Positions 15,131-24,798 of a DNA stretch of 64,000 nt are shown here, piece after piece. The position numbers and the translations under genes are program-made. Position 1 is the first letter of the stretch. Each line of letters opens with the position of its first letter. The stretch is taken from positions 200,322,001-200,386,000 of the forward strand of contig NC_067403.1 of the NCBI RefSeq assembly GCF_016432865.1. The letters are read 5' to 3'. The notes beneath the pieces were generated by a model. That model was not told where the DNA came from and did not search any database. It saw nothing but the letters and a program-made list of their open reading frames with translations. Origin of the DNA: Antechinus flavipes. Its lineage: Eukaryota.

Positions 15131-15699
15131 AGAGAAAGAGAGAGACAGAGATAAAAAGAGACAGAGACAGAGAGACAGGAAAAGAGAGAGGAGAAAGGGA
15201 GGGAGAGAGAGAAAGATGTTTGCACAGGCTGAGTCTGAGGTGCAGCACCGCCGGGCGCCAGGTGGAGATGTCCAGTGTCTAACACAGTTGGCTGAAGGGG
15301 AACCGCCCTGAGGACCTGAGTGTGTCAGCAATGGGATGCTGCAGCCCACGAAGCAGCCATGATGGCTTAGATCCAGGATGCGGCAGGCCGTGGTCTGGCC
15401 ATTGCAGGAGGCCGGACCTCCCCATCCTACCCCCGGGGGCTTCTGGACCCCACACCCAGTTGTGGGCGTGTCACCTCCGGAGAAAGGCTTTGATAAAGTG
15501 GAGCACGTGCCAGGAGGAACCAAGATGAGGAAACTCAGCCAGGCGGGAGCGCCAGGGAAAGAGGCCCAGCATTTAGCCTGAAGAAGGGGCAAATTGGAGC
15601 CCTGCCTTCAGATGACCGGGGAAGGACTTGGGCGTGTTCCCTGTAGCTCAGAGGGGCAGATTTCTGTAGAATATAAGGAGAAAGGGCCTAAAAGGAAGG

Positions 15700-16900
15700 C
15701 TGTTCTGCGGGCGGCCTGGCTTGGGGCAAGGTGACTTCTTGTCCAAAGCCCCGTTTAGCCAGAGACTGGACGAGGGGACTCTGAGGACTCTTGGGTCTTC
15801 CCGATGCTTGCCTGGGCTAACCTCTGATACAAACCCTGTTCGTGCCTAAAGCCTCGCGCCCCCATCCATCTGAACGCTCCTTCGCCCCAGCTTCTCTTTT
15901 TTAAAGCCGCTGGTTCCGGCTCCCTGACCTCCCCTGGCCCACCCTGTTTAGGTCCAGCATTCCCTTCATGCTTCGCCCCTTCCTGGAAAGGCTGCTCTAA
16001 GCCTCAGCAGCGCGGGCCAGTCTCGTGTCCTTCTGGTCTCTCTCCGTCCCTCAAGGTGCCGCGGCCACGAGATGAGGGCTAACTCACTCATCCCACCATG
16101 GGCCGGCTGTTGTCAGAGTCCCTCATCAGGTCAGGGCTAGGGAACCGGGCACGTGCTAGGAAGCCCATTCCGTTTCCTCGCCTCTGGCGCAGAGGGTCCA
16201 GCTGCCCCCCGGCCCAGCGTAGCTCCTCTCCGCCCCCACCGCGGGTCCCTCGGGGGGAGGGCAGCGGCAGCAGGTGCCCCCCAGGCTGCCCCCGAACGCT
16301 CTCTATAGTGCTGTTTCCCTGTTGTGTCTCCTGCGCCACTCCTGCTCCCCACCCTTTCCCCGGAGTCATGCCCTCCAGCCCTCCGCTGGCCGCAGCCTCC
16401 TCCATCTCCCTCCCGGCCGCTGCCCCCACCACCAGCGTCTTCTCCTTCTCGCCGGTCAACATGATCTCTGCGGTCAAGCAGAAGAGCGCCTTCGCCCCCG
16501 TGGTGCGCCCGCCCGGCTCCCCGCCCCCCGCCTGCACCAGCACTAATGGCAGTGCCCTGCAAGGTGAGTCAGCCGCTATCCCACCAAACCCGCCTCCGGG
16601 GGGACAGAGAGCTGAGCCAGCGGAGGGGTTGGCCGGGGGCCTTGGCGGTGACGGGCTCCCGGGTGGGCTCTCTGACCAAGAGGAAGCAGGAAATGTGGGC
16701 GCCACTGCCTCCTGCTGGGCAATGACCTGGGGCCGGGCTCCCAGCCTGTACCCCGAAGGTGCCCATGAATGGTGACTGAGGAGCCAGTTGCCCATTGGTT
16801 GGCTGGCTTTCTAAAGAGCGGGGCCTTAGTCTCGGAGTGGGCGGGTATTTCGGTTCTGGGGGGTCATCCTGGAGGCCGTTCCCGGGTCCAAGGGGGGAGA
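15700..16900. promoter_or_regulatory. Intragenic CpG-rich island over the EBF4 penultimate exon
   Basis: Visibly high CpG and GC density compared with the CpG-depleted flanks. Boundaries estimated by eye. Confidence 0.6.
16366..16563 (+). CDS. EBF4: EBF4 penultimate coding exon ([17 protein letters not shown]...[16 protein letters not shown]...NGSALQ)
   Basis: Peptide matches the COE C-terminal region and the donor GTGAGT is at 16564. The homology-predicted acceptor is an unusual GAG (16363-16365). An in-frame TAG alternative at 16306-16308 also exists. Confidence 0.9.
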
Positions 16901-18666
16901 GGCGCTCCTCCCAGTCTGGGAGCCCAGAAAACAGTCCTGAGTCCTGTTAGAGAAGACCTCCTGCTGAATCAGTAGGCCTGGACTCTGTTGGATGAAGACC
17001 CAGAAAGGGCAGCCCTAGCTTAATGGCCTTTGAGTGGCCACTGGGGCGTCAACAAACTCCAGAAGCTTGGTTAGGCAAACACTTGCTAAACCACGCGGTC
17101 CCCTCCTGGTCTGGGGTCTGGAGAGCCCCCAAGACCCAGGTCTAGCCCTTTATGCTTTTCAAAGCGCTTTCCCAGACGTGCAGTTGGAGCCCACAGAAGC
17201 CCTGGGTGAGGGCCAACCGCTCCGACCCCCTCTCCAAGGAGAGGCAGTGGGAAGGGACTTGGGGGACGGAAGCCTCGGGTCCTGGCTGAGTTCGAGCTTT
17301 CTCCTGGCGTTCATTCTCAGTTGGACCAACCACTGGGGAGAAGACCTACCTCACAGGGTTGTTGTGAGGAAGCGCTTTGTAAACCTTAAAGCATTACAGA
17401 AATGTGGGTGATTACTAATATAAAGTGATGGGCTGTGAAGGCAAGGGGGGAAACAGATGGGATTTGGCATCTGGATTCTGCCCACAATCTGCAAACATCT
17501 GGCACTTGTGTCGCAGAGGGAGAGCGGGGCTCACAGCTGATCAGAAGGGGAGTCCTTGATGTTTGGGCACAGAAGGTCCCCCAGGGCCCGGTCCTGGAGC
17601 CGGAGCCATCGGTGCATGTTTGCAATGATGGGACCCAGGCGAAGGAGCCGAGAATCGGTTCCTCAGATCCACAGCTGACACTGAGCAGAGGAGACAGGGG
17701 CAGAAATAATTCAATTTGACAACATTTGGGAATGTTTGCCCAAGGCCTGAGGCCATGGAAAGGCTTCCCGGTGCCCTGAGAATGTCAGAGAGAAGCTGGG
17801 TCAGAATTGGGGTGAGGGTTCCAGAGGGAAGGAAGGGGGGGTCAGAGGCGGCCCACAGCAGTGGGGCAGAGATGACCCCAGTAGGGCCGTGGGAATACAA
17901 GGAGGAGGAAGCCACAGTCCTTTTTAGGCCCTGTGTCTCACCGTTCCCATCACATGTGGGATGTGCAGAGGCTAGAAGGGAAGGAAATACCGTGAGAGGA
18001 TGCTGGGGACCAGGCCAGCCCCCCGCATTTCTGACCCTTTACTGTATCTCAGGACAAATGAGACCAGGCTTTAGTTAGACCCAAGAAAGAAGCCCCTTTG
18101 TGCCGGGATGATCAGGAAAGGATGTAGCAGTGGGCTCCTAAGGCCTTGTCTGCCTCGGGGTATCCTATGACGGCCAGCCCGTGGTCCGCTCTCTGCTTCC
18201 CCCTCCTGACCTAAGGTCCCCCTCACCAGACCCCTTTAAGCCTGATCTGCCTGGTCCCCAGAATGGGAAAGTTGCAGGTTCCTTGGTACCCCCAGGGCTG
18301 GGGAGGACCCAGAGGAACCGGAGCCCCAGGGCCTTGGTGGTGAGAGCTCAGGGGAGGCGACTGAACAGGGTGGGTCCTTGCCAGTGTCTGTGCCCTGGGG
18401 CAATGCATCGGTCCGGCCTGTCCAGAGGGGCTTCATTGGGGGGAGGCCTTGGAGGAGGGTGGGAGGTGGGTGGGAGCGGGGACAGCTCTTAGCTGCTGCT
18501 GCTGCTGCTCCCTCTGGCCACTCATCTCACCTTCTCACTCTCTCCTCCTGCCTCTCCCTTCCCTCCCTCCTGGATCCCTGCTGTGACTCCCTGCCTGTCT
18601 CCTGCCCATCGGCGCTTCCCTCCTCTGTCTCTCTTGCCCCCTCCATCCTCCTCCTTCTGGACACAG

Positions 18667-18737
18667 ACCCAGCTTTTGAGGACTCGGACAAGTTCCATTC
18701 CCCCCCTGGGGCCCTACAGGGACTGGCCTACTCCTAA
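18667..18737 (+). CDS. EBF4: EBF4 terminal exon A (DPAFEDSDKFHSPPGALQGLAYS*)
   Basis: CAG acceptor at 18664-18666 in the correct phase. Peptide resembles the eutherian EBF4 C-terminus as recalled (DQSFEDSDKFHSPARGLQGLAYS), which supports the EBF4 paralog assignment. Confidence 0.88.
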
Positions 18738-19007
18738 GCACAGTATGTGTCCTGCAGCCCGGCCTCGAGGGCCGCTCTCTGTCTCTGTCTGTTCTCTCCT
18801 CTGTCCCTGAGCCTGCACTGGGATTGCTGGTTGTGAGCCCCCGGCCGGGGTGGGGGCAGGGGCTCCGTTCTGTCCGTCCTGCCTGTCCCGCCCCCGTCTC
18901 CCGGCTGAGCCCGAGCCAAGGACCCGGAGCAGGTCGCGGGAGGGGAGGGGGAGGAGCGGCGCTCCGGGACCTCTTGCTTTCTTGGACTTTTCTCTCCCTC
19001 TCCCTAG

Positions 19008-19039
19008 CCATGTCTGGACTCCTCATCCCCCCCATGTGA
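19008..19039 (+). CDS. EBF4: EBF4 alternative terminal exon B (AMSGLLIPPM*)
   Basis: Strong pyrimidine tract plus TAG (19005-19007), phase-compatible with the 16563 donor. Peptide resembles the EBF1 AISGMIVPPM / EBF3 AMSGLVVPPM C-termini. Confidence 0.8.
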
Positions 19040-19272
19040 GGCCTGCACAAGGAGAAGAGCCTGGCCTTGGATGCAGCCCCGGGGCCGGGCAGGCCAGGGG
19101 CCCGAGATGACCTGGAAGAGGATCTCCCGCGGCAGTGGGAGAGGCCCCCGCTGTGCTTTGGACGCTGGGCCCTTCCCCTCCACAGCCCACCCTCTCCTCT
19201 CCCTTCCGCTCTCAGGACTGGCCCCAGGAGGCTTCACTCTTCACAGCACCATTTTAACTTGGGTGGACGGAT

Positions 19273-19316
<44 letters not shown>

Positions 19317-20232
19317 ATATGTGTGTGTGGTTCTGGGGGTGACTGATCCCCCCATCCTTTTCCCATTATAAGCTTGGGGTGGGAGGGAGGTCCTGGGGAT
19401 GGGTTGGGGGGGCAGGGGTTCGGGTAGAAGGTCCTGCCCTCTAGAATGCTCAGGGAAGACGATCTGGTGTTTGGGGAGCACTGCCTCCCCTCCCTGGGAG
19501 GATTCCCCACTCTGCCCGCATCTGGGGAGGGGGGCTTGTGCTGGCTCTGCCTGCCTGCTTCTGGCTGGGAGGTGACCACTAGGGAGGGACTGGGCAGGAC
19601 CACAGGAGATAGGGGTAGGGACTGGGGTAGAAATGCAGGTTAAGGGGAGGTGGGGTCAGGGAGGGGCTCATCCCCCCAGCGTGGGGCTCTGAGACCGAAT
19701 AGGAACATTACTGTAGGACCCATCTGTCTGACTCCCTTTCCCAGGCCCGGGGCCCAGCAAGCATCCTCCTTTGCCTGTCTCCGACCCCACTTCACGCACA
19801 ATGCTGGCTCCCTGGCAAAGCCAGGGGCAAAGCCAAGGGTCCAGCTTCTTCCTTCCAAGTTCTGGGGAAAGCCCCCAGCAGCTCTAGGAGATCTGACCTT
19901 TTAGGTCCATGGAACAAAGTCCTAGGAGCTGGGAAGTGACCTTCCCCCCAATTCTGAAACCCTCCTACCTGTGCCCTCTCCTACCTCTCCTTGTCGCAGG
20001 CTCTCACCCTCCAGCTGGGGGCTGTCTGCCTCCCCTTCACCTGCCTCCCCTGGGGTTACTCTCATCGTCTCTGTGCCTCCTTTGTCTCTTCTCTTGGTGG
20101 CCCTTCCTTCTCCCCGGCCCACCAGCTCCCCTCATCTCCGAGGGGCCTGTCCTGCCCTCCCCTTTCCCTGGCTGGCAACCAGAGTCTGGCTTTGGTCATT
20201 TCATCTGGGAGGGGGTTGGGGAGAAATGAAAT

Positions 20233-20238
20233 AATAAA
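20233..20238 (+). terminator. Probable EBF4 polyadenylation signal AATAAA
   Basis: AATAAA about 1.2 kb downstream of the last coding exon, at the end of a GC-rich 3'UTR-like tract. Confidence 0.55.
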
Positions 20239-23200
20239 TGGAGATACCGATGCCCTTTCTGCCTCCAGTTCATGCCTTCTGCGGATCGTCATCCCACAGA
20301 GACAGAAACATCTGGACTCGGTCCGTTTCTTTTGTTGGCCATTTCCTGACCCTTCCTTCCCCATGGGAGGCTTTGGGTTGGGGATGGAAAGTCTCACTTC
20401 CCTCAGGATTCTTGGGTGTTTTGCTTCTTACTATCTACATATCCCTCTTGACATGGGTAGTTTGAGACCCACGGGAATCCCAATTTTTCTTTGCTGCCTT
20501 TTTTTCTCCTGGCTCAGACTGGGTTCCTTCTCCGCTGTGGGGACTACGCCTCTATAAAGTGCTCAGCCAGGTAGATGGAGGCCATCTGCAATCCCGGGGG
20601 AAGTCGGGAGGGCCCAAGCCCCTTCTAAGCTGGGCTATTCGCCTCTTACCTGCTGTTATTCCTTTTATTTTTTCTTCCTTTACTCCAAAACTAAGGGTCA
20701 CCTGTGCAAGTGGGTAACAGGATATGGTTTCAAATTCCCAACAGCAAGATTAAAGGCAAAGAAATGAGTGGTATTTTATAGCACACCTTGTTTTTGAATT
20801 GAACTTAAATTATTAGTATATTTTATAAAGTACTTTCGGTTTACCAAGCACTTTACATAGATTATCTCCTTGGAGTCTCATAACAACAAAGGTACACAGG
20901 TGCTATTAATATACTCATTTTAGAAAAGAAAACTGAGAGAGGCAGACCGATTAACTGATTCCCCCCAAATCACATAAGTAGTAAATATCTAAGACAGGAT
21001 TGGAACGCAGATCTTCCTGATTCTAATCTAGCACTATATTCACTATACCACTTTGTCCCCAAGGGGCAAAAATTTGTTATCTTCCAAATCTTTGTGCAGG
21101 TTTAAACTGGTTTAGTTTTCTAAGCTGAGTCGGGAAAAGGGGGGAATTATGGCAGACAATCCTTAGCACTGAGGTGGCCAGAGGGGAAGGGGGAAGGGGC
21201 TAAACACGCAAGGTTCCCTGTGGCCTCAGACCCCCACACCTGGCCCCGAGGTGGCCACCTCTCTCAGCTGTGTTCCTCGGCTGTTCGGCTCAGCCAGCCT
21301 GTGTCTGTGGCTCCGGGAGGGGCACGAGGCACATTCTGGAGCATACGGCCCATTATGCAAAGTCAACAGTTTGGGGAAACAAATCCTACAGTTTGGGAGC
21401 TGCTAGGGAAGGTGAGAGCCAGAGTAGGTTTGCCATCTGTGCCAGGAGAGACTCAGAGATACAGAAACAGGGAGAGGAGGAAGGGGCCCCAACTGCTGAT
21501 GGCCAGGAACTATCCAAACCCCAAGCTGGCTGGTCCCCAGCACTGCTAACTGCCCTCAGCGCAGAGCATACTGGACAGGGTGGCTAAAGAAGGAGGGCTA
21601 CCAGCTCACAAGATGCTTCCTCCTGGTGGAGGGGATGGGGCAGAAAGGAGAAAGGATCTGAGGCCCAGGGTCTCAGGCTTCTCAACCAGCTTCCCAGGCC
21701 ACCAAGTCTTCTTGGGATTTACCACCTCTGCTCTGAGCTCTGGGGCTTTCATCTCTACCCATTCCTCGATTTTCCCATTGACCACATCCTGCTCTAGGCC
21801 CCAAACTTGCCTGGCTTGGAGACCTTTCTTACCTGATTTGTCCTACAGATACCATTATTCTCTTGGAGCCCAAGCAGGATCCCAGTCAACTTTGCATCCC
21901 GCCTCCGTCTTTGCCACATACTCCAGTCCACACAAAAACATTTTTTAGGGTTTATTTGCAAGGAAAAACAAAATTACAGATTTAGGAATCATATACCTGG
22001 GAAAGATTCCACTCAACAGCCTGTTTTCGAGATTCCAGAAGGGTCTCTCTTTAGTGGTCCAAGTAAGAATAGTTTTCCTATCAAAACACCCACATCAAAT
22101 TTGGTCCTACCTCCTCAGATCCCAAGGGCCTGGCTCGTGGGCTTAAGGGTCTCCACTTCTTCCCCTACCCGCCATGATCACCACCATTGTATAAACAAGG
22201 ACATAAACTGGAGGAAACAGAAACGGGTTTACTTCACAGATGTTCCCACCCCTGGCTGTACTCCCATGTCCCCTTCTCCTGACCCAGCTCCTTGACATTT
22301 TCCCAGAGACAGCTGGATTCAATGTGCACCCCACCCAGAGCTACTGGAGCCTTGGCCAGCAGCAGATGTGGATCAGGGACAAGCCCAGGCCTCAGAGGCC
22401 CACAGGAACTCTAGCCTCTCCCAGGCCTGTGAAGGGATCCAATGGCTAGCTCAGTAGATATGGAGGGAGCTTCCCATGTGAGATCCCCATGGACAGGAAA
22501 GGTAAGGACAGGAAAGAACACTTCCTGTGGATCGAAGAGCTCGGCCCATCAAACCGGATCTGGCCGATGCCTGCAGCCCATTCTCTCTTGGCTGAGGTAG
22601 AGAAGGGGGTGGGTGACTTGTGGAGCCCTCTGCACCTGGAAGAACCTCTAGGTCAGACTCAGAGGCTGCTCAGCCTGAGGTGAGGTTTTTGCTTTAGATT
22701 TTTATCTAAAACCTAACCTTCCGAGTCTGTTCTCCTAGAAAGAAATGGAAAGCACTCAGTGACATGGAAAAGGGCCCGGTGCCAGCAGAGAGAAGGGAAA
22801 GAAGGGCAGAGATGTTAGGAGCAGGTGCCAGGAGACGGCAGCAGCACGCGGTGATGAGCGACCGCAGCAACAGCCAGAAGCCCATCTCTCCGAGGTCGTT
22901 CCCTGCACACCCATCCCAGCCCGGTTCCAGCCGGACGATAAATGCTTGCTAATTGACTTACAAAGCACTTTGCTCCCCATGTGCCCAGTTAGCTCTGGAG
23001 AGGAGAGCTCTTATTACTCTCCTTCTGGCAGAGGCTCAGAGGGCGGTGGGACTGGTGAAGCACCAACCCGAGAGCATCCAAGCGACGCTTCCCGTGGCAG
23101 ATCCAGAGCTCCCTCGCCTTGTGCTCCCCTTCCTAAGCGTTGGCGCATACTACAAATGGTCTTTCCACCCTGGCAGGCCTGTGGGGAAGCCCAGGGAGCC

Positions 23201-23484
23201 AAGCATCCTTCAGGGTTAGAGTGATCAGAAAACCTGAGCAGGGAAAGGCGAATGCCCCGACCCTAAGGGAGGATCCCTGGGAACGGGTTCCACTCCATGA
23301 GACTTAAGGTCCAAGGGTGGGTGCTTCACAGGTGCAGGCTTAGCTGGGGCAGAGGCCAGTGTGGACACAACCGAATCCGCCATCTCTAAGAGAAGGAAAC
23401 ACCGGTGCCTACTTTCCTCTCTAATGCTCCTCTGAAAAGTGTCCAACAGAGAGAGAGACAAAGCTGAGCAAGGTCGGGAATGGT

Positions 23485-23490
23485 TTTATT
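23485..23490 (-). terminator. Probable polyadenylation signal of the NAT8-like gene
   Basis: AATAAA on the - strand about 570 nt after the stop codon, followed by a U/GU-rich tract. Confidence 0.65.
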
Positions 23491-24060
23491 TTCTTAGGCC
23501 CTGTCCAAGCCCCAATCCAACAAGTAGTTATAAAACGTCTGTAATCCCTCAGGCCTCCCTCAGGCCCAGAATCTGTGACCATTCCCCATCCCCTTTACAC
23601 TTCTGACAAAGGATCATTTAGTTTCTCCTTGAGGCCCCTGAGAAATGGTGACTCCACTATCTCCCGAGATGGTCCACTGCGTTTGGGGGTAGCTGGGACA
23701 GGTTCTTTCGGCCAAACCTTGGATGACGTGGTGACCATCCCAGGTGCCCCCGGATGGCCAGAATCCCTCAATGTCTTCCTTCAGATGCCAGATTGATTAG
23801 AAGGCCCTCTCCAGCCCTGATCTCAGCTCAGGTCCTGACAGTTGTTCTCAGAAGGCCCGTCTGACCCTGACTCTCACCCATCGCCACATCCAGCCCCTCA
23901 GCCATCCTCCCAACCTCTGTGCCCACTGACTACAGGCTCACCGCCTATGTCTCAAGGCTGCAGAGCTGACATGAGGACCTCCATCCCTGGAGGCACAGGC
24001 ATCTCTGGGCTGGCAGATTGGTGGGTGGGAGGCTCAGGCCCTGGCTGACAAGTGGAAGGT

Positions 24061-24798
24061 TCAGTCCTCACCAGCAGGGCTGTTATCTTCAGTTCTGTTG
24101 CCAGTCAGGGAATAGTGGTAGCGAGTGACAGGGAGGTCAGCCAGGAACCCACTAAGTGTAGGCTGCAGGCATGTAGGGCCTGGGTGGAAGCCAAGGCTGG
24201 AGAAGAGCCTCTGGGCAGGACTATGGAGCATATGTGTGTCCAGCACCACGACCCGGCAGCCAGGGGAGCCGCGGGCAAAGGCCAGCACAGCCTGGCACAG
24301 GGCCCTGCCCACCCCATGACCCCGATGCTCGTGGCTTACAGCCAGGGACCTCAGCTCCAGCTCCCCATCTCCACTCTTCCCAATCCCTGACACACCCACC
24401 ATTCCCACCACGCTGCCATCTGTGTCCTCAGCCACCCAGAACCGAAACCCTGGGGCCCCCGGAGCCCTCAGACCAAGACTCATGTCTTGGTGAGCGTACA
24501 GAGCCCAAGCATGAGCCAACGCGGGGCGGCCAACAGCCAGGAATAGCGCCAGGACCAGCAAGGGCAGCAACAGGGAACGGGATGAGGTTGCCAGGAGAGT
24601 GAAGCCACATCCCAGCAGCAGCAGGAACCACGGCCGCCGCAGCATCCGGGCTCCGAGGGCCGACCCCATCTCGGCCGCCACCACCTCCAGGAGCTTCCGA
24701 AGGGCAGCCTCGTCCCCCGTGGCCTTTGGCCGTACCTGAACCCGCAGAGGCCCGTCACCATCGGCACCATCGGCGAGGTCTGTGGGCTTGGCCTCCAT
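24061..24798 (-). CDS. Camello/NAT8-family membrane-anchored GNAT N-acetyltransferase, 245 aa, single coding exon
   Basis: ATG at 24798 and stop at 24061-24063. It has the N-terminal 'VQVRP...DE' start, a hydrophobic segment (RPWFLLLLGCGFTLLATSSRSLLLPLLVLALFLA), 'FWVAE...VVGMVG', acetyl-CoA motif A 'LRSLAVSHEHRGHGVGRAL' and motif B 'VVLDT...AQRLFSSLGF'. All are colinear with NAT8/NAT8L/NAT14. A splice acceptor (pyrimidine tract + CAG) places the exon start at 24812, 14 nt before the ATG. Confidence 0.9.
   Translation of the reverse strand: MEAKPTDLADGADGDGPLRVQVRPKATGDEAALRKLLEVVAAEMGSALGARMLRRPWFLLLLGCGFTLLATSSRSLLLPLLVLALFLAVGRPALAHAWALYAHQDMSLGLRAPGAPGFRFWVAEDTDGSVVGMVGVSGIGKSGDGELELRSLAVSHEHRGHGVGRALCQAVLAFARGSPGCRVVVLDTHMLHSPAQRLFSSLGFHPGPTCLQPTLSGFLADLPVTRYHYSLTGNRTEDNSPAGED

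Noticed and set aside
16088-16795. 235-aa antisense ORF and the 225-aa sense ORF 16098-16775 as stand-alone genes
   Set aside because: Both come from CpG-island composition. Only 16366-16563 matches a known protein (EBF4 exon) and is bounded by splice sites.
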